From positions 287,590 to 351,589 of the forward strand of contig CAKVOE010000002.1 of NCBI GenBank assembly GCA_934778215.1: a DNA stretch of 64,000 nt, read 5' to 3'. The notes below the pieces were generated by a model, which saw only the letters and a list, made by a program, of their open reading frames with translations, searched no databases and had not been told where the DNA came from. How positions within the stretch are numbered: the stretch's first letter is position 1; each line of letters opens with the position of its first letter. The stretch is from an uncultured Clostridia bacterium (GTDB taxonomy: Bacteria; Bacillota; Clostridia; Christensenellales; UBA1242). The position numbers and the translations under genes were made by a program. This document shows positions 1-9,596 of the stretch, in pieces.

Positions 1-2
1 GC

Positions 3-269
3 AGAAAGTTTTATGAACTTTCAAGAAAATTACGCCAAGAATTAATTTCGGTAGACGGTGCAACCATAATAAATAACGATGGCGATGTGGTAGCAGTTGG
101 TGCAATTATTATGATAGAAACGGGCGGATTTTCGGGAGGAAGGCTAGCCGCCAGCAAAACACTATCCAAATATGGCGTGTCACTAAAAATTTCTGCCGAT
201 GGGCAAATTCAGGGCTTTAAGTTAGACCGTCATAAACAAAAAACAATGCCAATATTTATGCTAGGATAA
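3..269 (+). CDS. 3' end of a gene whose 5' end lies outside the window; weak resemblance to the DisA_N / diadenylate-cyclase fold
   Basis: The frame is open from base 3 to the TAA at 267-269. The segment VDGATIINNDGDVVAVGAII...GGRLAASKT...SLKISADGQI parallels the DisA_N pattern HDGAvIi..g.i.aAg...GtRHRAA...vvSEEtG, but the catalytic residues are not conserved. Confidence 0.3.
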   Translation, partial: RKFYELSRKLRQELISVDGATIINNDGDVVAVGAIIMIETGGFSGGRLAASKTLSKYGVSLKISADGQIQGFKLDRHKQKTMPIFMLG

Positions 270-351
270 CACCCAAAAATTACAAGTTTATATAAATCAA
301 TTTTGAAAAATTTATTCATTATGATAAAATTATCACTACTAGGAGAAAATT

Positions 352-1590
352 ATGAAAAGAACACTTACTCCCGTTCGTGGGACAAACGATTATTTACCAA
401 AAGAAATGGTTATTAGAGAAAAGGTTAGAGAAGAGATTTTAAAAACCTACAAAAGGTATGGTTTTATGCAAATTTCGGCACCTATTCTTGAAGATATAGA
501 TAACCTTTTAGGAAGCGATGGTGGCGACAACACCAAACTAATTTTTAAGGTTTTAAAGCGTGGCGAAAAACTAGATTTAACCGCACAAAACTTAACCGAA
601 AAAGATATTGTAGATATAGGCTTACGCTATGATTTAACCGTGCCAATGGTTAGATTATTTTGCAATAACCAAAACAGTTTACCAACTCCATTTAAAACCA
701 TTCAAATAGATTATTCCTTTCGTGCAGACCGTCCACAAAGGGGCAGAAGCCGTCAGTTTATTCAGTGCGACATAGATATTTTGGGCGACCCAACCATAAA
801 TGCCGAAATAGATGTAATTAATACAACAGCAAAAACCTTTTTAAATCTTGGGTTCAAAAATTTTGTATGCAAACTAAATGACCGCAGAATTTTAAGTGAT
901 ATAATTTTAAATTCGGGTTTTAACGCTACCGATGAGTGTGATATTTGCATCGCTCTAGACAAGTTAGACAAAATTAATGCAGAGGGCGTAAAAGCCGAAC
1001 TTATAGAGCGTGGCTATAACCCAAATATGGTAGAAGTGTTAATGCAAAAGATTGCACAAATTCAGCAGGGCGGAATAGATAGTCTTTTGGCTCTTGGCGT
1101 ACGAGAAAACGTAATACAAAGCGTAAAAGATATTCTTTGTGCTACAAACGCACTAAGCGGAGGCAACTATTCGGTACAGTTTGATATCTCAATAGTAAGG
1201 GGTCAAGGCTATTACACGGGCGCCGTTTATGAGTTTTATATGAATGGGTTTAGCGGTGCTTGTGGCGGTGGCGGAAGATACGATAATATGGTAGAAAAAA
1301 TGACGGGCAAAAGCCTTCCAGCCGTTGGTTTTGGTTTGGGGTTTGAGCCAACTTGTATGCTAATTAATGAGTTTGGTCTACTAAAAGTCGAAGACAAATT
1401 AATTGCGTGCATATATTATCCCGAAGACGACTTTACCAAGGTTTTATCTTTTGTAGAAGAGTTAAATAAAAGCGATAACGTTTCGGCAATTCCTGCAAAT
1501 AAAAATTTGGGTTTTCAGTTGCAAACGCTAAAAGCAAACGGGTTTACGCACTTTGTGGTATATAAAGATAAGGTGCTAAAAGAAATTTAA
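352..1590 (+). CDS. hisS: Histidine--tRNA ligase (class IIa), archaeal/eukaryote-like subtype
   Basis: An AGGAG RBS sits upstream. Motifs seen: RGTNDYLP, LRYDLTVPMVR, FRADRPQRGRSRQFIQCDIDILG (motif 2), VRGQGYYTG, GGGGRYDNM (motif 3) and LPAVGFGLGFE. A C-terminal anticodon-binding-like domain is present. Confidence 0.85.
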   Translation: MKRTLTPVRGTNDYLPKEMVIREKVREEILKTYKRYGFMQISAPILEDIDNLLGSDGGDNTKLIFKVLKRGEKLDLTAQNLTEKDIVDIGLRYDLTVPMVRLFCNNQNSLPTPFKTIQIDYSFRADRPQRGRSRQFIQCDIDILGDPTINAEIDVINTTAKTFLNLGFKNFVCKLNDRRILSDIILNSGFNATDECDICIALDKLDKINAEGVKAELIERGYNPNMVEVLMQKIAQIQQGGIDSLLALGVRENVIQSVKDILCATNALSGGNYSVQFDISIVRGQGYYTGAVYEFYMNGFSGACGGGGRYDNMVEKMTGKSLPAVGFGLGFEPTCMLINEFGLLKVEDKLIACIYYPEDDFTKVLSFVEELNKSDNVSAIPANKNLGFQLQTLKANGFTHFVVYKDKVLKEI

Positions 1591-1638
1591 ACTATAAAAC
1601 GCACAAAAACACTTTGTAAATAAAATTAGGAGTGCAAA

Positions 1639-2157
1639 ATGGAAGAAAACCAAAACAAAGCAAATTTATCAAACATTAAATGTTTACCCGACACCAAAAG
1701 AGCAATAATTAGAATGTCTATATATTCTGCAATATTGTTGGTGGTAGGCGTAAGCCTTACGCTACTAAAATTGCAAAACAAGGTAAATTATGCTGGGCAA
1801 AACAAGGCAAATGTAATATATGTAATTTTGGCGTGCGTAGTGCTTTTGGCAGGGTTTGTTTTGGTTTCGGTACTCTCAATATTGCACAAAGAAGTCGTAT
1901 TAAAAGACGAAGAAGTTGTTATTAAAAGCGGTATTTTTAAAGTAGCTACCAAAAGCATAAGTTTGCAAAACATAAAAGGGGTATATTTTAACGAAGGCAA
2001 GGCTCCTTCTCTAAAAATTGAGTATTTATGCCAAGCAGTAAACAAAAAAAATAAACAGTCTAAAAAAAACCAATTTACCACACGCTTTATTACTCTTTAC
2101 GGTCTAACCAATTTGCAAAGTCTTTACCAAAGGTTAAAGCCACTTATAAAAGACTAA
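1639..2157 (+). CDS. Membrane protein with a bacterial PH (bPH_2 / YdbS-like) domain
   Basis: Two N-terminal hydrophobic helices are followed by VVLKDEEVVIKSGIFKVATKSISLQNIKGV, which is typical of the membrane-flanked PH domain. Confidence 0.45.
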   Translation: MEENQNKANLSNIKCLPDTKRAIIRMSIYSAILLVVGVSLTLLKLQNKVNYAGQNKANVIYVILACVVLLAGFVLVSVLSILHKEVVLKDEEVVIKSGIFKVATKSISLQNIKGVYFNEGKAPSLKIEYLCQAVNKKNKQSKKNQFTTRFITLYGLTNLQSLYQRLKPLIKD

Positions 2158-2265
2158 TAAAGGTTTTAACTTACAAATTTTGGTTATAAAACTATTTCAA
2201 ATATTTTTTGTTTACTTTTATTACAAAAAAATATATAATAAAACAAAAAACGCAAGGGTGAGTTA

Positions 2266-3432
2266 ATGGAAAACAAAAAAATTTTAGTTACCTTTATAGA
2301 GTCTGGCTTTGGGCATATTACAAGCGCCAAGGCAATATCAGATAGCCTAAAAGAGCAATTTGGAAACAAGTATAATATTGTAGATTGCAACATTATGAAA
2401 GACAGCGAAAAAACTGTCACCTTTGAAAAATTTTTAACAAAACAAACCAAAGCCACAAACAAAATACATGGCTATGGTTTTTTTATGTTTACAATATTAG
2501 AGGCTTTTGGCGGAGCAAAATTTTTAAGGTTTACTCACACCACGCTATTTCATAGTTATGTGCAGGCCACGGTAGAAGCATTTGCTAAATATAAGCCCGA
2601 TGTAATAGTAAGTACGCACTATTTTATAACTTATTGTGCGGTAGAATATAAACGCAAAGTAGATAACAATTGTTTGGTTGTAACCTACAATCCTGATAAT
2701 AATGTTCACCCATGGTGGGATAATAGAGATGGCATATTTATAACCAACAATATTTATGCCACACAAGAGGCAGTAAACAAGAGAAAGTTTAAGTCAGAAA
2801 ATTGCAAAACGGTAAACTTTGCTTGCCGAACAGATTTGTTGGAGTGCAATGACTCTAAGGCGTTTTACCGAGAAAAGTACGGCATAAGTCAAGAAGATTT
2901 TTGTGTAATAGTGGCAGACGGCGGGTACGCTCTTGGCAAATGCAAAGCGGTAACAAATGAGTTATTAAAAACGGACAAAAAACTAACCATAATTGCAGTG
3001 GCAGGCAAAAACGAAAAGGTTTATAACTACTTTTTAAACAAAACTCCAAAAAAGAACATAACTTTTATACCATTACCATTTGTAAAAACCATTTATGAGT
3101 TATACAAAGCATCTGATTTATTTATAACTAAAGCGGGTCCAAACGCCGTCTTAGATTGCGTATTTATGAACACCCCAGTAATTGTAGACTATTACCCACA
3201 CCCAATAGAAAAAGCCGCCAAAGAACTATTTGTAGATAAGTTTAAGTGCGGGGAATATATAAAGTCGCCAAAAAAGATAAGAAAAAGGGTAGAAGAGTTT
3301 ATAGATAACCCACATTTATTAGATGAATACATAAAAAACACGCACAATTTTAAAAAGGAATGCAACGGAGCAAGCGAAATTGCGTGCATAATTGATGAAG
3401 CACTTACAAAAAAGGAGAAAAATGAGAACTAG
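2266..3432 (+). CDS. GT28-type glycolipid glycosyltransferase (MGDG synthase / UgtP-like)
   Basis: The N-terminus KKILVTFIESGFGHITSAKAISDSL matches the MGDG_synth signature. The C-terminal Rossmann half reads DLFITKAGPNAVLDCVFMNTPVIV. Confidence 0.65.
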   Translation: MENKKILVTFIESGFGHITSAKAISDSLKEQFGNKYNIVDCNIMKDSEKTVTFEKFLTKQTKATNKIHGYGFFMFTILEAFGGAKFLRFTHTTLFHSYVQATVEAFAKYKPDVIVSTHYFITYCAVEYKRKVDNNCLVVTYNPDNNVHPWWDNRDGIFITNNIYATQEAVNKRKFKSENCKTVNFACRTDLLECNDSKAFYREKYGISQEDFCVIVADGGYALGKCKAVTNELLKTDKKLTIIAVAGKNEKVYNYFLNKTPKKNITFIPLPFVKTIYELYKASDLFITKAGPNAVLDCVFMNTPVIVDYYPHPIEKAAKELFVDKFKCGEYIKSPKKIRKRVEEFIDNPHLLDEYIKNTHNFKKECNGASEIACIIDEALTKKEKNEN

Positions 3433-4234
3433 CAAATACAATCAAAAGATGGCAGAGCTAGAACGACAAAAAAAGTACGATATAGATGTAAATTATGGCG
3501 AATATTATCTAGTGCAAGAGCAAGAACCAAACCACAGATATATTTATGACCGTTTTATAGATAAGGTTTATTATTGTTTTTTAAGAATAATTATTTTTAT
3601 ATTTGCACCAATTTTGCTATTTTTTACCTACCGACTAAAAATTAGAGGTCGCAAAAATTTGCGAAAAAGGGGCAAGTCGGGAGCCATAATAATAAGTAAC
3701 CATGTAGCACTATTAGACGAACTTATGATAAAGCAAGCGGTGTTTTCGCACATATACTATGTTGCAGGATCTCACAATAACAAAAAGAGTTTTGCAGGTT
3801 ACACGCTAAAAATTTTGGGACTTATGCCACTATCAAATTTATTTTCTAATCAAAAGAATTTAAACAAGGCAATAGAAACTCATTTAGCCGACAAAAAGTA
3901 TGTGTATGTAGCACCCGAGCAAGCAATGTGGCGTGGCTACAAAAAGTTAAGACCATTCAAAAACGGAGCCTTTTATTATGCGGTAAAAAACGATGTGCCG
4001 GTAATTCCTATGGTGGCACTAATAAAAGACCCAAACGGCTGGGACAAATTGGTTGGCAGAAAGTTTAGAGTAACGCTAGAAATTTTACCGCCTCAGTTTA
4101 TAAATAAATCTCTCCCTCAAAAGGAAGCAATAGAAGAGTTAAATAATCGTTGCCACAGCGTTTTGGTAAAGCGAATGAACGAGTTTTATGGCACCGAAAG
4201 TGATGTTACAAAATGTGAAGATAGGGCTAACTAA
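3422..4234 (+). CDS. Lysophospholipid (PlsC-like) acyltransferase
   Basis: The HX4D motif (SNHVALLDE) and a VAPEQAMW block are present, plus an N-terminal TM helix. I prefer the ATG at 3422, which follows AAGGAG and overlaps the upstream stop by 11 nt. The ORF-track start is 3392. Confidence 0.65.
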   Translation: MRTSKYNQKMAELERQKKYDIDVNYGEYYLVQEQEPNHRYIYDRFIDKVYYCFLRIIIFIFAPILLFFTYRLKIRGRKNLRKRGKSGAIIISNHVALLDELMIKQAVFSHIYYVAGSHNNKKSFAGYTLKILGLMPLSNLFSNQKNLNKAIETHLADKKYVYVAPEQAMWRGYKKLRPFKNGAFYYAVKNDVPVIPMVALIKDPNGWDKLVGRKFRVTLEILPPQFINKSLPQKEAIEELNNRCHSVLVKRMNEFYGTESDVTKCEDRAN

Positions 4235-4321
4235 TGTTTTTAGCACAATTTTATTTACCTATAAGCAATTGATATTATATTGCAAACTTGCACAAATTAA
4301 AACAAGCGGGGTATAAAAAAA

Positions 4322-6529
4322 TTGAAAAATATGAAAAGTTTATTAACAAATTTTGCAAAAAACTGTGGCAGATTTACTTTTGCCCTTTTTTTGTTTATCT
4401 TTGCCTTTTTATGCCTAACAAATGAAAACTATATGCAAAAAAATGCAAGCAAAACAAGTGCCGACCAACTAAGCAATTCAAACTTTACAAACCTAATTGT
4501 GTTTGCCAAATTTGCAGGAGAAAGCGAGTTTATATTTAGTAACCCGGCAGGCAGTACAACATCTAGCGTCAAAGACATAACCGAAAATAGTTATTCGGGC
4601 AATGGTTATTCGGTAAAGGATTACTTTTATAGAGCGTCTAATGGTAAAGCGGTTATACAAAGTTTATACCTATTTTTGCCCGGCGGAAATTCGCTTACAC
4701 TACAAAACACAAGGGGCTATTATTCGGCATACAACAGTGAAAACAACCCTACGGGTTACACCTCAGCACAAAAGGCTCAAAGAATGTACGACCTAAAAGT
4801 AGATTGGGCAACAGCCATTAATGACGCCATAAATAATGGTGCAAAAATATCTGATGTGAGTGGCACCACCAACTACAATTTTAGTGAGTTAGACAAAAAC
4901 GGTGATGGGGAAATTGATAGCCTTACTATAATATACAAATATTCTAATGAATATACAATAAATCAGGGCGATTGTTTGTGGAGTTACCGTGACTACTTTA
5001 ATTATGTGACCATTAATGCGGGAGCAAAACCAATAACCAGTGGAAATTATTTACAAATTACGGCGAATTATAACGATATTTACACCGATGAAAATGGCGT
5101 AGAATTTGCCAATTTAAAAACAATGATACACGAAATGGGGCATATTTTTGGGCTAAAAGACCTATATCGTAGCGGAGGTGCTTCGGGTGGGGTATATTAT
5201 ATGTCGGCAATGGCAAGGGCAATAACACCCGTTCCGCAATTTTTAACCGCAAAAGAAAGAGAGGCTCTCGGCTGGCTAAATGCAAGCAATGTGCAACCAA
5301 TAAGCACTAGCGGAACATATACCATAAAGGTTACCAAATCACAAAGTCAAGAAGATGTAATTTGTTACAAACTTTTAATTCCCCGAAAAAAGGAAGAAAC
5401 AAGTGATGTTCCTGATAAATATCTATATTTAGAATATCGCAAATTTGACGGCACAGAAAATAAATATGACTCCCAAGAAAAAATAATAACCAATAAAGAT
5501 GGAACCAAGTTAACGCAAATAACACAACTAAAAAGTGGTTTAATATGCTCATTAGTTGTTGCAAATATAAAATTTCCAAGCAATCTTAATCCAACGGGCA
5601 ATAAGTGGAATTTTGAGGTTTTGAGCAATGGCAACGCAACCAAAGTAGACGCTGGCTTGCAAACGGGCGAAAGTTTAACCAATATTGCAGGGGCTATAGG
5701 TGTAGAAGTTTTAGGTATGACGGACGACACTATTACCTTTAAAATTGAAGGGATAGAGAACATTCATAGTCATAACGCAGAGCATATGGCACAAAAAAAT
5801 CCTACTTGCACCCAAAAAGGAAATATAGAGTATTGGTATTGCGAAAGGTGTGACAGATATTTTGAAGACCCAGAGTTAACTCAAGAAATTGAAGAAAAAG
5901 CAGATGTCGAGATAGCGGTTGCTTCGCATAGCAAAAAATATGTAGCACCAAAGAGTTCAACATGCATACAAGAGGGTAATATAGAGTATTGGTATTGCGA
6001 AAGGTGTGGCAAATATTATAGCGATGAAGCACTAACGCAAGAGATTACGCACCAAGACACCATTTTACCAAAAATTCAACATACTCATACAATAATGTTT
6101 GGGTATGATGCAACCTGTTTGGGAACGGGGCTAACCGATGGCATAAAGTGTAGTGAGTGCAACCAAATAATAGTTTCACAAGAAGTTATACCAAAATTAC
6201 CGCATACCGAAAGCGGTTGGATAGAAGACACCCCAGCAACCAAAGAACACAAAGGACACCGCCATACCGAATGCACGGTGTGCAAAACCATAATAAAGGA
6301 AGAAGATTTTGACTATGTCGAGGGGTCGGGTGCAGGTAGTGGAAACGCTGGCGGAGGAGCAGGAAGCGAAAACGCCAGCCCAAATGCAAGTGCAGAGATG
6401 GGCAACGCCAATGGTTTTACTACTACCGAAATAGTAACTGTGGTGTGCTGTGGGGTTGCATTTATTGCAGGGAGTATAGCCTTTCTTTTGGTAAAAAGAA
6501 GACGAAACAAAATGCAAAACAAGGAATAA
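4322..6529 (+). CDS. Secreted, membrane-anchored M6 (InhA-like) zinc metalloprotease with C-terminal Cys-rich repeats
   Basis: A signal-like N-terminus is followed by the zincin motif MIHEMGHIFGLKDLY. There are two near-identical C(T/I)Q(K/E)GNIEYWYCERC(D/G)(R/K)Y modules and further CxxC modules. A Gly/Ala/Ser linker and a C-terminal TM plus RRRNK stop-transfer close the protein. The start could be TTG 4322 or ATG 4331. Confidence 0.7.
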   Translation: MKNMKSLLTNFAKNCGRFTFALFLFIFAFLCLTNENYMQKNASKTSADQLSNSNFTNLIVFAKFAGESEFIFSNPAGSTTSSVKDITENSYSGNGYSVKDYFYRASNGKAVIQSLYLFLPGGNSLTLQNTRGYYSAYNSENNPTGYTSAQKAQRMYDLKVDWATAINDAINNGAKISDVSGTTNYNFSELDKNGDGEIDSLTIIYKYSNEYTINQGDCLWSYRDYFNYVTINAGAKPITSGNYLQITANYNDIYTDENGVEFANLKTMIHEMGHIFGLKDLYRSGGASGGVYYMSAMARAITPVPQFLTAKEREALGWLNASNVQPISTSGTYTIKVTKSQSQEDVICYKLLIPRKKEETSDVPDKYLYLEYRKFDGTENKYDSQEKIITNKDGTKLTQITQLKSGLICSLVVANIKFPSNLNPTGNKWNFEVLSNGNATKVDAGLQTGESLTNIAGAIGVEVLGMTDDTITFKIEGIENIHSHNAEHMAQKNPTCTQKGNIEYWYCERCDRYFEDPELTQEIEEKADVEIAVASHSKKYVAPKSSTCIQEGNIEYWYCERCGKYYSDEALTQEITHQDTILPKIQHTHTIMFGYDATCLGTGLTDGIKCSECNQIIVSQEVIPKLPHTESGWIEDTPATKEHKGHRHTECTVCKTIIKEEDFDYVEGSGAGSGNAGGGAGSENASPNASAEMGNANGFTTTEIVTVVCCGVAFIAGSIAFLLVKRRRNKMQNKE

Positions 6530-6629
6530 AAAAATTCATCTTTAAAAAATTCCCAAAAACAAAAACTACCATAAATTTGTTATGTAAAAAAATTGTTTTG
6601 AGTTAAAATAAAACAAAAAGGAGTTAATT

Positions 6630-7625
6630 ATGGCACAAAACAAACAATTATCCAAAGGGGTAATATCGGCAATAGTTAGCGTTAGTATTTGCGTGGTACT
6701 TGCAGTGGTTTTGCTAATTTACTACTTTGGAAACAACCCCAGCAATTGGAACAAAATTGCAAAGGCAGAATTTAAAGTTGCGGGTCTAAAAGACGGCTTT
6801 ACACCACAAGGTCTATGCTACATAGAAGAATCGGGAAACTATATGGTAAGCGGATATATGAAAGACAAAAGCGATTCTCGAATTTATTTAATAGATAAAG
6901 AAAGTGGCGAAAGCAAATATTTTACCATAGATTCGTCTGACGAAAAGGTAAACAAAGGACACCTTGGTGGAATAGTTCAAAAGGGTAATTTTGTATGGCT
7001 TTCTAGTGATAGCAGTATAATTGCATTAAACTATACCGATTGCAAAAATGCACAAAATGGCGAAAAGGTAAAAGCCATTAGCGTGGTGCAAACTTGCACA
7101 AATGCTAGTTTTTGTTTCGTAGATGACAGTGGTCTTTGGGTGGGAGAGTTTTATCGTCCAAAAAACTACGAAACGGACAAAAGTCATTATTTTACGGTAT
7201 CACAAAAGGAAGTTAATCACGCAATTGCAACCAAATACAACTTTAATGCCGAAAAACTAAATGGCATAGAAGAATCTCCATCAATGGCAATATCTCTTCC
7301 AGACCTTGTGCAAGGCGTTGCAATATTGCCCGATGGTAGGGTGGTTCTTTCTACCTCTTACGGTTTGCCAAATTCAAAAATTTTGGTATATTCAAGTGAG
7401 TGGAGCAAAGCCCCAGCAGGCAAAATAACCGTTCAAGAAACCGAAGTAGATTTATATGTTTTATCTTCAAAAAACCTACAAAAAAGTTTAACGGTACCAA
7501 GTATGTCAGAAGGAATTTCTTACAACAACGGCACTCTAAAAATATTGTTCGAAAACGCATCAAAAAAATATAAACTATTTACCCGTAACCGAATAGAATA
7601 TGTAATGAGCATAAGTATAGATTAG
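6630..7625 (+). CDS. N-terminally anchored hypothetical protein, possibly with a beta-propeller ectodomain (SdiA-regulated/YjiK-like?)
   Basis: A strong RBS (AAGGAG) precedes one N-terminal TM helix. Repetitive beta-rich sequence includes an SEGISYNNG motif. The family assignment is tentative. Confidence 0.45.
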   Translation: MAQNKQLSKGVISAIVSVSICVVLAVVLLIYYFGNNPSNWNKIAKAEFKVAGLKDGFTPQGLCYIEESGNYMVSGYMKDKSDSRIYLIDKESGESKYFTIDSSDEKVNKGHLGGIVQKGNFVWLSSDSSIIALNYTDCKNAQNGEKVKAISVVQTCTNASFCFVDDSGLWVGEFYRPKNYETDKSHYFTVSQKEVNHAIATKYNFNAEKLNGIEESPSMAISLPDLVQGVAILPDGRVVLSTSYGLPNSKILVYSSEWSKAPAGKITVQETEVDLYVLSSKNLQKSLTVPSMSEGISYNNGTLKILFENASKKYKLFTRNRIEYVMSISID

Positions 7626-7787
7626 TTTTTGTTAAATGGGTAATGAGAGTAAACGGTTTTGTAAAAAAGGGTTTTAGTTAGTATAAGCCATAAGTTATAA
7701 ATTACTAACGGCACCGCTAGGTTTAAGGGTGGAGCCAACGCAAATTAACTTGCAGTGCAAAAATAACAAGTTACAATATATGTTAAT

Positions 7788-7822
7788 AAGACTAAGTGTA
7801 TTAATTACGCTTAGTCTTTTTT
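7788..7822 (+). terminator. Rho-independent terminator-like hairpin upstream of the recombinase gene
   Basis: The stem AAGACTAAGTG / CGCTTAGTCTT is followed by TTTTTT. It lies 160 nt after the previous stop and 40 nt before the next start. Confidence 0.5.
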
Positions 7823-7861
7823 AAAACAAATGCAAGCCAATTTGCAAAAAAGGAGTAAATT

Positions 7862-8809
7862 ATGAAACTAAATGAATGGCTAAGTGTGTGGCTAGAAAAA
7901 TACACACGACAAATGGTAAAACACAAAACCTATTACCGCTACAAATATTTTATCGAAAAGCACATTAATCCCAAAATTGGAAGTGTAGAGTTAGAAAAAA
8001 TAAATGGCGAAGTTTTACAAGAGTTTATAACAAGTGAACTACAAAGCGGAAACCTAATTACAAAAGAAAGGCTTGCAAACAACACAGTAATAGGAATTTT
8101 TAATATATTAAAGCAAAGTTTATCTTTGGCGTATTCGTTAGGAAAAATAAATAATGAAGATTACAAAAAAATAAACAAACCAAACCCCGTAGGCAGAGCA
8201 ATAGAGGCGTTTGAAAAAGAGGACCAACAGCGAATAGAAAGATATTGTTTAAAGTCTAAAAAGAACAATTATAAGGGCGTTTTGGTGTGCCTGTATACAG
8301 GTATAAGAATTGGCGAGTTGCTGGCTTTAACTTGGGACGATATAGATTTTCAGACGGGAATTATGAGCATTAACAAAACGGCGTTTCGAATAAAAATAGA
8401 CGGAAAACCCAAAATAGTTGTAGATGAACCTAAAACAAAAGATTCTAACCGAATTATTCCGGTGCCAAAGGCGTTGCTTAGCATATTAAACAAGGTGCAA
8501 AGAAGTTCAACATCTAATTATGTTATATCTACCCGAGCGGGCGGAATGGTAAGCACCAGAGCCTATCAAAGAACATTTCAAAACCTACTAAGAAGAATAA
8601 GGGTGCATTACCGTAATTTTCACACCCTAAGACACACCTTTGCTACTCGTGCAATCGAAATGGGAATGGACGTAAAAACGCTTTCCGAAATTTTAGGACA
8701 CAAAAACCCCATGATAACGCTCCGCCGATACACCCATTCTATGATGTCCTACAAAATTTCAATGATGAACAAATTGGGCAGAGTTTTATATCCGCAAACC
8801 TTTAATTAA
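7862..8809 (+). CDS. Tyrosine recombinase / phage-type integrase (XerC/D-like)
   Basis: An N-terminal SAM-like domain is present. Catalytic motifs seen: LYTGIRIGELLALTWDDID, HTLRHTFATRAIEMGMDVKTLSEILGHKN, ITLRRYTH. Confidence 0.85.
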   Translation: MKLNEWLSVWLEKYTRQMVKHKTYYRYKYFIEKHINPKIGSVELEKINGEVLQEFITSELQSGNLITKERLANNTVIGIFNILKQSLSLAYSLGKINNEDYKKINKPNPVGRAIEAFEKEDQQRIERYCLKSKKNNYKGVLVCLYTGIRIGELLALTWDDIDFQTGIMSINKTAFRIKIDGKPKIVVDEPKTKDSNRIIPVPKALLSILNKVQRSSTSNYVISTRAGGMVSTRAYQRTFQNLLRRIRVHYRNFHTLRHTFATRAIEMGMDVKTLSEILGHKNPMITLRRYTHSMMSYKISMMNKLGRVLYPQTFN

Positions 8810-8811
8810 AT

Positions 8812-8840
8812 TTGCGAGAGCGGGTAAGAAATGATATAAT
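8812..8840 (+). promoter_or_regulatory. Sigma-70-type promoter
   Basis: TTGCGA, 17 nt spacer, TATAAT, located 25 nt before the ATG at 8865. Confidence 0.5.
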
Positions 8841-8864
8841 ATATCAAAAATGGGAGAAATTAAA

Positions 8865-9578
8865 ATGAACCGCAACTTTAATGTATTTAGCCAAATAAAA
8901 AAAGTGCCGTGGTGGGGATATGTTGGTGGTGTTGCATCTTTTGCCATTCAGTCACTATTTTACTATCTATCTAATTGGCTAGCAAACATTACCGGCTCAA
9001 TAAATTGGGCGGTATGCACCAAAATTGATGTTATAGATAACGCAATACCTATTGTTCCGGCGTTTTCAATAATTTATGTGTATGCCTTTATCTTTTGGTT
9101 TTTTGCTCCCGTTGTGGTTTCTATAACGGGCAAAGAGAATTTCAAAAAATATGCAATCGGGCAAGTGGTGGCATATTTTATAGGCTTTGTTATTTACATA
9201 GTTTTGCCAACATATATGAATAGAAGTGCCGAAGGTTTAATAGATTACGCCCAAAACGGAAACTATTGGCTATTAAAAATTATTTATTCGGTAGATGGCG
9301 GAAATTATGCCTTTAACCTATGCCCGTCCTATCACTGCTTAACTAGTGTGTATAGTTTTTTGGCGGTTTACAAAAAAGAGGGCATATCGCTTTGGTACAA
9401 AATATATTCATTTATAGTTGCCCTATTAATATGCCTTGCAACATTGTTTATTAAACAACACTATTTTATAGACCTAGTGACAGGTGTTTTAATAGCAATA
9501 ATTGTGTACATTGTAGTAGAACTTGTGTTTGCAAAAAAGAACAAACAAGCACAGCAAAAACTTTATACAAAAATTTAA
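8865..9578 (+). CDS. Polytopic PAP2-superfamily membrane protein (PAP2_C / sphingomyelin-synthase-like phosphotransferase motifs)
   Basis: There are about 6 TM helices, a CPSYHC motif and a QHYFIDLVTG motif (compare SGH and HYxxD of PAP2_C enzymes). I prefer the ATG at 8865 after GGGAG; the ORF-track start is 8850. Confidence 0.5.
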   Translation: MNRNFNVFSQIKKVPWWGYVGGVASFAIQSLFYYLSNWLANITGSINWAVCTKIDVIDNAIPIVPAFSIIYVYAFIFWFFAPVVVSITGKENFKKYAIGQVVAYFIGFVIYIVLPTYMNRSAEGLIDYAQNGNYWLLKIIYSVDGGNYAFNLCPSYHCLTSVYSFLAVYKKEGISLWYKIYSFIVALLICLATLFIKQHYFIDLVTGVLIAIIVYIVVELVFAKKNKQAQQKLYTKI

Positions 9579-9596
9579 TAGCAATAATTTTTTGCT

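Noticed and set aside
7760-7774. AAAAATAACAAGTTA versus AAAAATAACAATTAA at 12191-12205 as possible att sites flanking an integrase-PAP2-GNAT-HelD element
   Set aside because: These are short, imperfect and very AT-rich, so a chance match is likely. No compositional discontinuity was seen across 7.6-12.3 kb.
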